Part shown: positions 20,937-30,373 of the stretch, piece after piece
How positions within the stretch are numbered: position 1 is the stretch's first letter
Layout: each line of letters opens with the position of its first letter
Source: Candidatus Omnitrophota bacterium
GTDB taxonomy: Bacteria; Omnitrophota; Gorgyraeia; Zapsychrales; JANLHA01
Assembly (NCBI GenBank): GCA_029560465.1
Contig: JAKQKX010000090.1
Location: forward strand, 72,189-136,188
Direction: 5' to 3'
Length of the DNA: 64,000 nt
The notes under the pieces: model-generated
Databases searched by the model: none
The model's input: only the letters and a program-made list of their open reading frames with translations
What the model was told of the DNA's origin: nothing
Program-made: the position numbers and the translations under genes

Positions 20937-21905
20937 TTATCTAAAATCTTCGATGTCCGCGTTGAGCAATTCTCCGGCGATATCTTCCAAAGTCACGATC
21001 CCGACACAATGATTCTGGTCATCCACCACGGAAAGGAGATGTTCTTTATTCTGCAGCATGGAACGCAGGGCTGTCATGAGCGTATCGCGGCGGTTGACCG
21101 TGTGAATGGGTTTGGCATTGGCCACAAGACCGATGATGTCATCGTCGGAGGTGGGAATAACGTTCTTGGTAACAATATAGGCGAAGATGTCTTTAATCTC
21201 CATGCTGGCGCTCACCGGGTAGCGGGTATGCCCGCACTGGCGGGCCAGCGCCAGGACCGCTTCCGGCTTATCCCCCTTCCTGATGAAACGGACCTCTGGG
21301 GGGGGGATCATGGCGTGGGTGATCAACGTGTGGCTAAGACGCACGGCGTTGACAATGATGGTTTCCTGTTCCAGATTGATCGCCTTGCCTGACCGCGCCA
21401 GTGTCGCCAGCGTTATGAGGTCAGCCGTCGTGATCTGCTCCGACTCGCCTTCGGATACCAGCCGTTTGAACATGCGTTCGCTGATCTGTATAAGGGGCCG
21501 CATTAACGTTGTCACGGCCTCCAGGATCGGCCCGGCGACCGGGGCCAGTTGATTGCGGAAAGTAACGGCGAGAATTTTGGGCAGGATCTCGGTGCCGAAA
21601 AGGATAACGACCGTAAACAGGACAGAAAATACCCAGATGTTGTTTTCCCCGAAAATTTGCGCGAAAGCCCCGCCGGCCACCGTGGCCCCGCCTGTGTGGG
21701 CGACCGTGTTTAAAATCAGGATTGCGGTGATCGGCCGGGCAACATTGCGTTTCAGGCGCCGCCAGGCCTCCGCGGCTTGCGGACGGACGGATTGCAGACG
21801 GTTCAATGTCAAAGGATTCAGGCTTAACAGCAGGGCTTCTGCCAGCGAACAGAGGAACGAAACGATAACCGCAATGGTCGAGCTTATAATCAGGACGAAC
21901 GTCAT
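20937..21905 (-). CDS. CNNM (DUF21) + CBS-pair membrane protein
   Basis: SFLCSLAEALLLS, AILILNTVAHTGGA, EILPK, HTRYPV, GIVTLEDI. Confidence 0.88.
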   Translation of the reverse strand: MTFVLIISSTIAVIVSFLCSLAEALLLSLNPLTLNRLQSVRPQAAEAWRRLKRNVARPITAILILNTVAHTGGATVAGGAFAQIFGENNIWVFSVLFTVVILFGTEILPKILAVTFRNQLAPVAGPILEAVTTLMRPLIQISERMFKRLVSEGESEQITTADLITLATLARSGKAINLEQETIIVNAVRLSHTLITHAMIPPPEVRFIRKGDKPEAVLALARQCGHTRYPVSASMEIKDIFAYIVTKNVIPTSDDDIIGLVANAKPIHTVNRRDTLMTALRSMLQNKEHLLSVVDDQNHCVGIVTLEDIAGELLNADIEDFR

Positions 21906-21939
21906 TTTATGATCCTCCCCTCATATATTTCCCAATGCC

Positions 21940-22173
21940 CTATTCCAGATATCTTTCCAACTGTATATTACATGCAGGACATTTGGAATAACCCACCGGA
22001 TAGGAAGTCCAGGGAAGAGAAGAACAACAATCATTGCAATATAACGCGCCGCATTGAGGGCATTTATGAGCTTGAAGTAGCGTCTTTCCCGTAAAGGGAG
22101 ATTCAAATGGTTTCAACGCTGCCTTGTGACATTTTGCACATCTAGGACCAAACCATTTCTTAAAAAAGCTCAA
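21940..22173 (-). CDS. Small Cys-rich, putative double zinc-finger protein
   Basis: TTG start behind GGAAGG; CAKC...CPQC...CNDCC...CPAC in about 77 aa. Confidence 0.65.
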   Translation of the reverse strand: MSFFKKWFGPRCAKCHKAALKPFESPFTGKTLLQAHKCPQCGALYCNDCCSSLPWTSYPVGYSKCPACNIQLERYLE

Positions 22174-22286
22174 CTTATTAGCCTTCCGGCCAAGTTCACT
22201 GTACAACGTCAACGGCCGCGCGGAGCAGCGCCAGTTTCTAAAGGCACCGAGGCGCGTTTTTCGATAGCGCCTTTTTAAAACCTTGT

Positions 22287-22583
22287 TTATTCTGCTTTTT
22301 TGAAATTCTCAATCCTGTTTCGCATACTTTCCTCATGCTGCTCATCCGTATAGTTCGGGTCTTTCAGGTCTCTCCATAATTGGCAAGGGATTTCTGGACA
22401 CCTCCCGCAATGATTAATTTTCTTTTTATCAATCACGCAAGCGTAAATCGGACAAACGGTAGCAGAAATATAACTGGCCCACCAAACTTTGCCTTTAATT
22501 TTAAAACATCCGGAGCACTCGGATTTCTTTAAATATTCACAGTCCGAACATACACAACCGCAGACCGACAACTCTTTATTCAT
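22287..22583 (-). CDS. DUF3795-like Cys-rich protein
   Basis: SVCGCVCSDC...CSGC...CPIYAC...HCGRCPEIPC; start at ATG 22583 behind AAGGA. Confidence 0.8.
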   Translation of the reverse strand: MNKELSVCGCVCSDCEYLKKSECSGCFKIKGKVWWASYISATVCPIYACVIDKKKINHCGRCPEIPCQLWRDLKDPNYTDEQHEESMRNRIENFKKAE

Positions 22584-22640
22584 GTTTTTCCTTTTCTCTA
22601 AATTCTCATGAAGGATAAAAATCCACCGGCGGAGCAAGGA

Positions 22641-24497
22641 TCATTTCCAAGCCGGGACCGTGGCTGCCTGCCGCTCTTCCACCACCAGGCTCCTCACCAT
22701 GTCCTCAAAGATCTTCCGGCTTCCCTCAAATTGCTCCTGGCTGTTGGTATACTGAAAAGAAAAAATCGCGCCGCTGATTAAAAACTGATACCAGGCGGTT
22801 TTCCGGGTGCGGGCCTTATCCCCCATCTCAATATACGCCGCGCTCAAGCCGTTAATATCAACAGCCCTTGGCTCCGGGATATCCATCTCCCCGCCGACTT
22901 CTTTCTCCATGATCTTGTTGACATACCGGGAAAATTCCAGAGCGGTCGTGACCCCTTCCGGCAAATTATCCCGTGTCACGGCCACAGAAGGGAGCAGGCT
23001 GGCCGGGTCTTGAGCGTAGAGTAAAATCACGTATGTCCCGTTGGGCATCCTCGTGTTCCGGGCCCTCTGCCAGTTGTGAGGTGGGTTGATGGTCATGCGC
23101 GCCGACTGATAAAGGATTTCGTCCGGCTCACCGTCTTGGCCCGGGACGCCCACCCCGAGATTGGCGATCGCCTGCGTCGCGTCAAATAAAGTCGGGAAGC
23201 CTTCAAACGTCGCGTCCTCCGGCATGTCTCCGCCATAATAATGATCCCGGGCGTATTCCAGTGTCTCTTTCAGCTCCAGGGCAGCGGAATCATCCGGCTT
23301 CTTTTCCAGGGCCCGGGCGACCATTGCGTAACTCTTTTTAATATTCCCGGAATAATAATACCCCATCGCCGCCACCATCACCGCGTCCCGGCTGGCAGCG
23401 GCCTCGGGATTGACGGCGAGGGCTTTCTCGGCGAACTCCGCGGCCAAATCCCCCTTGCCGATCGCCACATAAGCGCCGGCCAAGTAAAGCAGGGCGTCGA
23501 GGTTATTTGGATCTTTTTTAAGCACCTCTAATTTTTCCTGTTCCATGGGAACGATTCCACGGGGCCCCGACACTCCCGCCGCCGGCGCAAGGCCGCCCTG
23601 GGCTCCCTTTTTATTATTAATATGCGCGGCCATTTTCTCACCGACACCCGCATATTGCGCGTCCATTTTTTCCGCCGCCTTAAAGTCAGCCATGGCTTTG
23701 TCCTGCTGGCCCATTTCAGCGTAAATCATCCCGCGGAAAAACCGGAACGAGGGGTCTTCAGGCGCAAGCTTAACAGCCTTATCAAGGTCTGCCACGGCCT
23801 TATCAAAAGCTTTCTGAAAGATATAAACCGCGGCCCGGGCGCCGTACCATTGCACGTTTTGTGGGTCCAATTCAATAATTTTCGTGCGGTCTTCCACGGC
23901 TTTATCCAGCTGGCCGGTTTCAGCATACAGTGTCCCTCGCGTCAAGTAAGCCTTAAGATACGAGGGATTCAGTTCAATCGCCCGGTTATAATCAGCCATC
24001 GCTTCCTGTTTTTTTCCCATTAAGGAATACGTCAAGCCACGGTTATAGTAAAGGATCGCTTCCGACGGTTTTAAATCAATCGCCCGTTGATAATCCTGCA
24101 AGGCTTTTTCAAATTCTTTTTTTATAGCGTAACAGCTGCCGCGGTGATTATAACCATCAAAGAAATCCGGCTGCTGCTCGATCACTTTGCTGAATATTTC
24201 AATCGCCTGGTCATACTGTCCGGATCTTTCATGAGACAAGCCCTCCTGGAACAACGGCCCCCCCACGAGAGGATCGGACGGGGAGTCCGCGGCGACCGGA
24301 GACGACACGGATGTTCCCTGCGCCTGTCGCACCAAAAACTGCAGATGGCGCATGGAATATTCCTGCACAATGATCGCCAGCCCCACGGCAAGCATAATAA
24401 ACGACAGGATCTTAACGAGTTTTACAACTTTTGTGAAGCACACGACGCCAAAAAGCAGCACCGCGATGTGAAAGAGGATAAAAGAAATATCATTCAT
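22641..24497 (-). CDS. Membrane-anchored TPR protein with C-terminal PsbP/DUF1795-like domain
   Basis: Two N-terminal TM helices, multiple 34-aa TPRs (YNHRG..Y, YYNRGLTY, YLTRG), C-terminal 'INPPHNW...VDINGLSA...FEDMVRSL'. Confidence 0.75.
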   Translation of the reverse strand: MNDISFILFHIAVLLFGVVCFTKVVKLVKILSFIMLAVGLAIIVQEYSMRHLQFLVRQAQGTSVSSPVAADSPSDPLVGGPLFQEGLSHERSGQYDQAIEIFSKVIEQQPDFFDGYNHRGSCYAIKKEFEKALQDYQRAIDLKPSEAILYYNRGLTYSLMGKKQEAMADYNRAIELNPSYLKAYLTRGTLYAETGQLDKAVEDRTKIIELDPQNVQWYGARAAVYIFQKAFDKAVADLDKAVKLAPEDPSFRFFRGMIYAEMGQQDKAMADFKAAEKMDAQYAGVGEKMAAHINNKKGAQGGLAPAAGVSGPRGIVPMEQEKLEVLKKDPNNLDALLYLAGAYVAIGKGDLAAEFAEKALAVNPEAAASRDAVMVAAMGYYYSGNIKKSYAMVARALEKKPDDSAALELKETLEYARDHYYGGDMPEDATFEGFPTLFDATQAIANLGVGVPGQDGEPDEILYQSARMTINPPHNWQRARNTRMPNGTYVILLYAQDPASLLPSVAVTRDNLPEGVTTALEFSRYVNKIMEKEVGGEMDIPEPRAVDINGLSAAYIEMGDKARTRKTAWYQFLISGAIFSFQYTNSQEQFEGSRKIFEDMVRSLVVEERQAATVPAWK

Positions 24498-24542
24498 AGT
24501 CATCTCCTTAATTGTGCGAGCAGTTTCTCCCAGCCCAACGCT

Positions 24543-26336
24543 TTAAATCTGAAACTGAGTTTCGTACAGCCGTGTGTAAAGGCCACAGGTTTTCAGGAGC
24601 TCTTCATGAGGACCCAGGCCGACAATCTGCCCCTGGTCAAGGACCACAATTTTATCAGCTTTCATAATGGTGGACAGGCGGTGCGCGATGGCGATAACCG
24701 TACGGCCCTGCATCAGTTGGTCCAGGGCTTCCTGAACGAATTTCTCGGACTCGGAATCCAACTGGGAAGTGGCTTCATCCAAAATCAGGACCGGCGGATT
24801 GCGCAGGATAGCCCGGGCGATCGCGATACGCTGTTTCTCCCCACCGGAAAGCCGGAATCCCCTGTCGCCGACGACTGTTTCATAAGCCTGCGGCATCTGA
24901 ACGATGAACCGGTGGGCGTACGCCCGCTGCGCCGCGGTTTCAATATCAGCCTGGGTCGCGTTAGGCGTGCCGTAAGCGATATTGCTGCGTACCGTGTCGT
25001 TAAACAAAAATGTTTCCTGAGCCACGATCCCGATCTGCTGGCGCAGCGATAAAAAGCTCACGTCCTTAAGATCCACCCCGTCCATAGCGACCACGCCCTC
25101 CACCGGGTCATAAAACCGCGGGATAAGGTTGGCCAGGGTCGATTTCCCTGTGCCGGTGGGCCCCACGATCGCGACCAGTTCCCCGACTCTGATGGACAGG
25201 TCGATATCCTTCAACACCAGATCCGATTCGTTATCATAACGGAAAGAGACATTTTTCAGGTCGATCCCGACCCGGATCGTCGCCAGGTGAACAGCGTCCG
25301 GCTTTTCCTTAACCGTCGGTTCTTTGTCAAGCACGTCATAAATGCGCTCATTGGCGGCCAGCGCCTGCTGCACCATGGCGTGCACGTTGCCGAGTTTCTT
25401 CATGGGGCTGATGATCGACATGACGGACGCGAAAAAGAGGAAAAAAACCCCGGTGGAAAGTTTTTCGTCCATCACCTGCCGGCCAAGCCAGAAGATGATC
25501 AAAACCCCGAAAATCACCGAAAAAATTTCCGTGATCGGCGCGATCAAAAGAGTCCGGCGCACCGCCTTCATGCGCAGTTTATAAAAATCATGGTTTTTGG
25601 CGCGGAACCGCGCAATTTCAAACGCCTCGGTGCAAAACGCTTTCACAACCCGAACCCCGGAGATAGTCTCCAGCAAAATCGTGTTGATGTCCGCCATGCG
25701 TTCCTGAGTGCTGCGGGAGAGCTTACGGAGTTTTTTCCCGATCAGGCTGATCGGCCAAATAATAAACGGGAAAACAAAGAAAATCAGGACAGCGGCCTTG
25801 AGATGAATCGCAAACGCGATCGAAACATACATGACGACCGTAAACGACTGAACAAACATGTCCGTGATGCTGTAAGACACCGCGTTCTCGACAACCTGCA
25901 CATCATGCGTGACGCGGGAAAGAAGCTCCCCGGTGCGTTTCTTGCTGAAATAGTCCAGGGAAAAACTCTGAATTTTGGCATAAAGTTGAAAGCGCACATC
26001 CCGCATGATGAGTTGAGAGATATCGTTCATTAGAAGAGAATAAATATAAATAATGACGTTCTTCAACACAATCACCACCAAAACAACGACAGGAAGCGCC
26101 AAGAACATGGTTTCCGGTTCAATGCTGTTAAGCCAGTCGATAATCTCTTCAAAAGCCGGAGGCAATTTATTCGGAAGGATGATGGGTTTCTTGGTGAATA
26201 TCCTATCCATCACCGGGACGATCAGCGACATCTGGAAACCCTCGAAAATCCTGGAAAGGAACATCACCATCACGGCGAGACCAAACCTATTTTTGTATTT
26301 GGCCAGGAATTTCAGCAATTTGAGGTAATTTTTCAT
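24543..26336 (-). CDS. msbA: MsbA-like lipid A ABC exporter
   Basis: TM domain plus GPTGTGKS, LSGGEKQR, ILDEATS, IAHRLST; lies close to lpxB. Confidence 0.85.
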   Translation of the reverse strand: MKNYLKLLKFLAKYKNRFGLAVMVMFLSRIFEGFQMSLIVPVMDRIFTKKPIILPNKLPPAFEEIIDWLNSIEPETMFLALPVVVLVVIVLKNVIIYIYSLLMNDISQLIMRDVRFQLYAKIQSFSLDYFSKKRTGELLSRVTHDVQVVENAVSYSITDMFVQSFTVVMYVSIAFAIHLKAAVLIFFVFPFIIWPISLIGKKLRKLSRSTQERMADINTILLETISGVRVVKAFCTEAFEIARFRAKNHDFYKLRMKAVRRTLLIAPITEIFSVIFGVLIIFWLGRQVMDEKLSTGVFFLFFASVMSIISPMKKLGNVHAMVQQALAANERIYDVLDKEPTVKEKPDAVHLATIRVGIDLKNVSFRYDNESDLVLKDIDLSIRVGELVAIVGPTGTGKSTLANLIPRFYDPVEGVVAMDGVDLKDVSFLSLRQQIGIVAQETFLFNDTVRSNIAYGTPNATQADIETAAQRAYAHRFIVQMPQAYETVVGDRGFRLSGGEKQRIAIARAILRNPPVLILDEATSQLDSESEKFVQEALDQLMQGRTVIAIAHRLSTIMKADKIVVLDQGQIVGLGPHEELLKTCGLYTRLYETQFQI

Positions 26337-26384
26337 AAACGTATCAGTGCGGGGGATGACCGGAAACAGCCCGGAATCGTTGCG

Positions 26385-26413
26385 ATATTAGCATACCCAT
26401 CGATTTCTGTCGA
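26385..26413 (-). promoter_or_regulatory. Candidate sigma70 promoter of msbA
   Basis: TCGACA-N17-TAATAT with TG extension. Confidence 0.5.
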
Positions 26414-26560
26414 GGCATTTGTTATTTTCTTCCCCCCTCCGTTTGACGTGAAAGACGTTTGGCGTATGTGCCCGTTGATAATTTATTGTATAACTGGTTT
26501 CTGAAAAAACCACGAAAAAATGAACAAGAAATCTGGCCCAAGAATTACTTCATCCAGGGT

Positions 26561-26588
26561 TTGAATCCGCTGAAAAAAACGATATAAT
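26561..26588 (+). promoter_or_regulatory. Candidate promoter of the V4R-hyp-lpxB unit
   Basis: TTGAAT-N16-TATAAT, followed by an AGGAGG RBS. Confidence 0.55.
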
Positions 26589-26605
26589 AGTAAAAAAATC
26601 AGGAG

Positions 26606-27283
26606 GTGATCATGGTTTTAAAAAGCGTAAAAGTTCCCGCGCCCATGGTGCCAATTTTTGAAGAGGCTGAGAAGTTTGTTAATAAATACTTTGACTCTTT
26701 TTATTCCAACAAGCTGGAGGGCAAGATCTCCATCAGCGGCGAGCGCTATATCTTGCTGAACGCCAAATCGTTAAGGGTTAACTTCGCCAAAAACTTAAGC
26801 GAAGCCATGGGCTTGTCTGACGACATGGCTCAGGACGCTGCCGATAATTTCCTGTACATCTTAGCCAGATCTATCGGCCGGGAAGACGCCAAAAGATTCG
26901 CGGCCAAACAACAGGTCGCCGACCCGGTTGCCAAGCTGGCCGCAGGGCCGATAAGCTTTAATTACACCGGCTGGGCGTTCGTAGACATTTTCCCTGAAAG
27001 CAAACCATCCCCGGACAAAAATTATTTGCTGATATATGACCACCCCTATTCTTTTGAATGCGACGCTTACCTCTCCGTTAAAGGCGCTCAGTCCGTCAAG
27101 CCGGTTTGTGTCATGAATGCGGGTTACTCTTCGGGTTGGTGCTCCGAAAGCTTTGGCATGGAATTGGACGCGAAAAAAATTATGTGCAAAGCCAAAGGAG
27201 ACCCGGCCTGCCGTTTTGTCATGGGTGTTAAAGAAAAGTTGGCTGGCTACGCCGAGTGGGCGTTAAACAATATCCGGCGGTAA
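26606..27283 (+). CDS. Stand-alone XylR_N/V4R (4-vinyl reductase) domain protein
   Basis: GKISISGERYILL, GPISFNYTGWA, SFE, PVCVMNAGYSSGW, CKAKGDPACRF; no kinase or DNA-binding domain attached. Confidence 0.82.
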   Translation: MIMVLKSVKVPAPMVPIFEEAEKFVNKYFDSFYSNKLEGKISISGERYILLNAKSLRVNFAKNLSEAMGLSDDMAQDAADNFLYILARSIGREDAKRFAAKQQVADPVAKLAAGPISFNYTGWAFVDIFPESKPSPDKNYLLIYDHPYSFECDAYLSVKGAQSVKPVCVMNAGYSSGWCSESFGMELDAKKIMCKAKGDPACRFVMGVKEKLAGYAEWALNNIRR

Positions 27284-27292
27284 GGTTAAACC

Positions 27293-27535
27293 ATGCCCGA
27301 TCTTTATGATAAAGTTTATAAGGAATGCGCGGTCTATTTCGGGGCGGAGACAAAAAGATTCCTGGACCGGCAGATAGAATGCCATCTCAGCAAAACACCG
27401 CGGAGCCTCGACTATCCTGATATAAACATGCTGGCCAAATGGATCCGGATTTCCGGGGGGCTTCTCCTGCCGAAGGAGAAAGCGGAAAAGCTGTCCGCGA
27501 AAATACTCGCGTTAAAGCCGGGACCGGTCTCTTGA
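27293..27535 (+). CDS. Small helical hypothetical protein
   Basis: 80 aa, AAGG RBS, fills the gap between the V4R gene and lpxB; YFGAETKRFLDRQIECHL motif. Confidence 0.72.
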   Translation: MPDLYDKVYKECAVYFGAETKRFLDRQIECHLSKTPRSLDYPDINMLAKWIRISGGLLLPKEKAEKLSAKILALKPGPVS

Positions 27536-27553
27536 AGGCGTTTTCATAAACTC

Positions 27554-28714
27554 ATGTCAAAAACTAATCCCCATTTCATTATCGTGGCCGGCGAAGCCTC
27601 CGGAGACATGCACGCAGCCCACCTGGTCCGCGCGATCAAAGAACGCTGCCCCCAGGCGTCCTTTTCCGGGCTCGGCGGGCCCCAAATGGCAGCCGAAGGG
27701 GTTGATCTCCTGACCGACTTAACCCGTTGGGCCGTCGTGGGGTTTGTGGAAGTCCTGAAACATTACCAAAAATTCAAAAAAATTTTTTACCTCCTGCTCG
27801 CCCACGTCAAAGACACCCGGCCCGACGCCGTTATCCTGGTGGATTACCCGGGCTTCAACCTGCGACTGGCCCCGGAAATCAAAAAACTGGGTATCCGGGT
27901 GATCTACTACATCAGCCCGCAGGTCTGGGCCTGGAAAGAAAAGCGCGTAGAGACGATCCGGGATCACACCGACCGCTTGCTCGTGCTGTTCCCGTTTGAA
28001 AAAGGATTTTACGCGCGCCATCACATTGACGTCACCCTGGTGGGGCACCCCCTTGTTGACATCGTAAAAACGCAGGAAGAACCGCGCGATTACCTCCGGG
28101 ACCACGGGATCCCCGAGGGCAAAACCGTGATCGGCCTCCTCCCCGGCTCCCGCCTCAACGAAATCAATAATTTGCTCCCGGCGATGCTTGAGGCCGGCCA
28201 TGAGATCAGAGCCAAAACCCTGTCCCCTGTCCAGTTTCTGCTCTTTAAAGCCCCCACCATCCCTCTCGATCTTTTAGAACAGCACATCCGGAAGCAGGGG
28301 CTGCCTGTCCGGATCCTGGAAACCAACATCTACGACGGAATCCAGTCCTGCGCCCTCTGCCTCGTGGCATCAGGGACCGCGACACTTGAAACCGCCATCC
28401 TCAACACGCCCATGGTCATCATCTACAAGACCACGTTCCTCACCTGGCTGCTGGCCAAACTGTTCATTAAGATTCCCTGCATCGGACTGGTTAATATCGT
28501 GGCGGGGAAAAAAATAGTCCCGGAATGCGTTCAGCAGGAAGCCAACGCGCGCACCATCGCGCAGGAAGCCATGAAGATATTAAGCGACAGCGAAAAACGG
28601 ATACACATGAAGAAAGAATTGAGCCGGGTTAAAGAGCTTCTGGGAGACCCCGGAGCCAGCGGACGAGCCGCGGAAGAAGTGCTGCGCGTGGTTCAAGACA
28701 CGGCGGCAAGATGA
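27554..28714 (+). CDS. lpxB: Lipid-A-disaccharide synthase
   Basis: VAGEASGD, VDYPGFN, YYISPQVWAW, LLPGSR, SGTATLE. Confidence 0.96.
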   Translation: MSKTNPHFIIVAGEASGDMHAAHLVRAIKERCPQASFSGLGGPQMAAEGVDLLTDLTRWAVVGFVEVLKHYQKFKKIFYLLLAHVKDTRPDAVILVDYPGFNLRLAPEIKKLGIRVIYYISPQVWAWKEKRVETIRDHTDRLLVLFPFEKGFYARHHIDVTLVGHPLVDIVKTQEEPRDYLRDHGIPEGKTVIGLLPGSRLNEINNLLPAMLEAGHEIRAKTLSPVQFLLFKAPTIPLDLLEQHIRKQGLPVRILETNIYDGIQSCALCLVASGTATLETAILNTPMVIIYKTTFLTWLLAKLFIKIPCIGLVNIVAGKKIVPECVQQEANARTIAQEAMKILSDSEKRIHMKKELSRVKELLGDPGASGRAAEEVLRVVQDTAAR

Positions 28715-28720
28715 CCCCTG

Positions 28721-29263
28721 TTATTTCAGGGGTTCCCCGCAATCTTCAGGACAATTGCACCGACTTTCAAAATTAGTACAAACCCCATCCCCGCAAGGGA
28801 TGCAAATCGGCAGGCTGTATATTGACCCCCGGCCTTCCATGTCACAGGTACCGTCCAGGAATTCAATTCCGCAGCGGCGGATCAGCCCTGGACAACATTC
28901 CACATCCTGCCCCTCGTAAGCCAGGTCCCCGCACTGGGCCTTCTCCCCCAGCATCTGGTAATGACACACTTTCTCGTTCGAACAGTTCACCATAACCGCG
29001 CAGTAATCTTGAGGGCAGGAGTCAGCGGAGATGTCCGGGCATTCCCGGGGCAGGCACAGGACTTGGTCTTTGCCCTCCGAATCTATAACCGTCTTTTCCC
29101 AACAGATTTCTTCCGGGCATTCCCCCGTTTCTCCGTACTGTTGGGCGCAAAGTTCCCGGAACGTCTTCTTCCCTGCCGCATGCGTCCCCGGGATCAGCAC
29201 AGCGGCGCAAGCAACCGAAACTCCCGTTATCATCAGCCATTTGGCCCTGCATGTCCTTATCAT
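28721..29263 (-). CDS. Secreted Cys-rich protein
   Basis: GGAGG RBS, signal peptide, 20 Cys in the mature part, C-terminal CGDGVC..E..CNCPEDC. Confidence 0.75.
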   Translation of the reverse strand: MIRTCRAKWLMITGVSVACAAVLIPGTHAAGKKTFRELCAQQYGETGECPEEICWEKTVIDSEGKDQVLCLPRECPDISADSCPQDYCAVMVNCSNEKVCHYQMLGEKAQCGDLAYEGQDVECCPGLIRRCGIEFLDGTCDMEGRGSIYSLPICIPCGDGVCTNFESRCNCPEDCGEPLK

Positions 29264-29611
29264 TTTTCCTCCATCTTATATTTCTTATTGACAAATTTTC
29301 TGTGGCTCATCGGTTAAACGCCCCGCCTTTTTCCGGTATCCATCCGGACGATTTCCCGCCGCAGCGATCTTCCGTCCGATCAAACGCGTGACAGGAAAAA
29401 CTTCAATTTTATCCTGCACATTCCCGGCAACTCCATAATATCATAAAAATTAAGGTAATTTGCGCACATTTTTTGATTGTAAAAATTACCGCATTCCCGT
29501 TTCCGGCGTAATCAGCGCGGCTTCCCGCTCCGCGTTGGGAAGGACCTCCCGGGCATGATAAGCTTTAATAAACGGCCCCAGCCCTGCGGTAAAGATTCCC
29601 GCCGACAAATC

Positions 29612-30373
29612 TCACAGGAGCTCAACCGTGCCTGCCTCAACCCAGCCTGTCTTCTGGTCAGGCCTCTCAATCTTAAGCCATGGCCCTTCCCTCTTGAGGG
29701 CCTTCACCTTCTGTCCTTCCTTAACCGTAAAATGAACGGTGGCATCATGGCGGGGCTCGAAGCGCGCTTCCGTGGAAGACACGGCAAACCCCTCCCCCGC
29801 CCGGACATGCATTTTAACAATAACACCCGCCGCACATAACACGCTCAACGTCAAACAGGCGGTTATGACAAAGGATATTTTCTGCCGTGGCCAGGTGAAA
29901 AACAGTGCCGCTAAAAATAACCCGCCGGCCATAGTCATGAGGACAACCGTCAACACAACAAGTTCATTGACCGTATAATAATTCAGGGCGCCTTCCGCCG
30001 TCTTTTGTATCATGCTCTTGCGAGGCAAAGGAAAATTTTGTTCTTTTTGTGAAAGCGTCAGTTTATAATTTGACAGGACATCGGAATCACGGGGCAGGAG
30101 CTCCCGGGCGCGTTCATAATTCAGGATCGCTTTCCCAAGTTGCCCCTTTTTAAAATAAGCGTTGGCTAAATTATAATAGAGTGCGCCGCTGACCCGGCCC
30201 TGCTGAAGCAGGTGTTCATACTGAACGATGGCTTCGTCATACCGGCCTTCTTGATAAGCAAAGCCCGCCTTGATAAACGTCGCCCAGGCATCCTCTTTCG
30301 GCCTCTCCGCCGCCGCGGCCGGCCTGAAAAGAATCACTCCTGTTATGATAATAACGGCTACAAACTGTTTCAT
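29612..30373 (-). CDS. batE: BatE-like TPR + SH3 protein
   Basis: YYNLANAYFK..GKAILNYERA, two TM helices, EGQKV...WLKI...GWV; last gene of the Bat operon. Confidence 0.82.
   Translation of the reverse strand: MKQFVAVIIITGVILFRPAAAAERPKEDAWATFIKAGFAYQEGRYDEAIVQYEHLLQQGRVSGALYYNLANAYFKKGQLGKAILNYERARELLPRDSDVLSNYKLTLSQKEQNFPLPRKSMIQKTAEGALNYYTVNELVVLTVVLMTMAGGLFLAALFFTWPRQKISFVITACLTLSVLCAAGVIVKMHVRAGEGFAVSSTEARFEPRHDATVHFTVKEGQKVKALKREGPWLKIERPDQKTGWVEAGTVELL

Noticed and set aside
24087-25052. 321-aa plus-strand ORF, and other long antisense ORFs (e.g. 32329-33420, 34310-35182, 50857-51807, 54838-55653)
   Set aside because: They lie antisense to well-supported genes and have no recognisable motifs; they are typical shadow ORFs of GC-rich coding DNA.
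29424-29490. c-di-GMP-I-like fragments (GCGCAAA...AGTTGCCG) and a GGTAATTT/AAATTACC inverted repeat upstream of the Cys-rich gene
   Set aside because: The GNRA-capped P2 stem and tetraloop receptor are missing; the similarity is too fragmentary.
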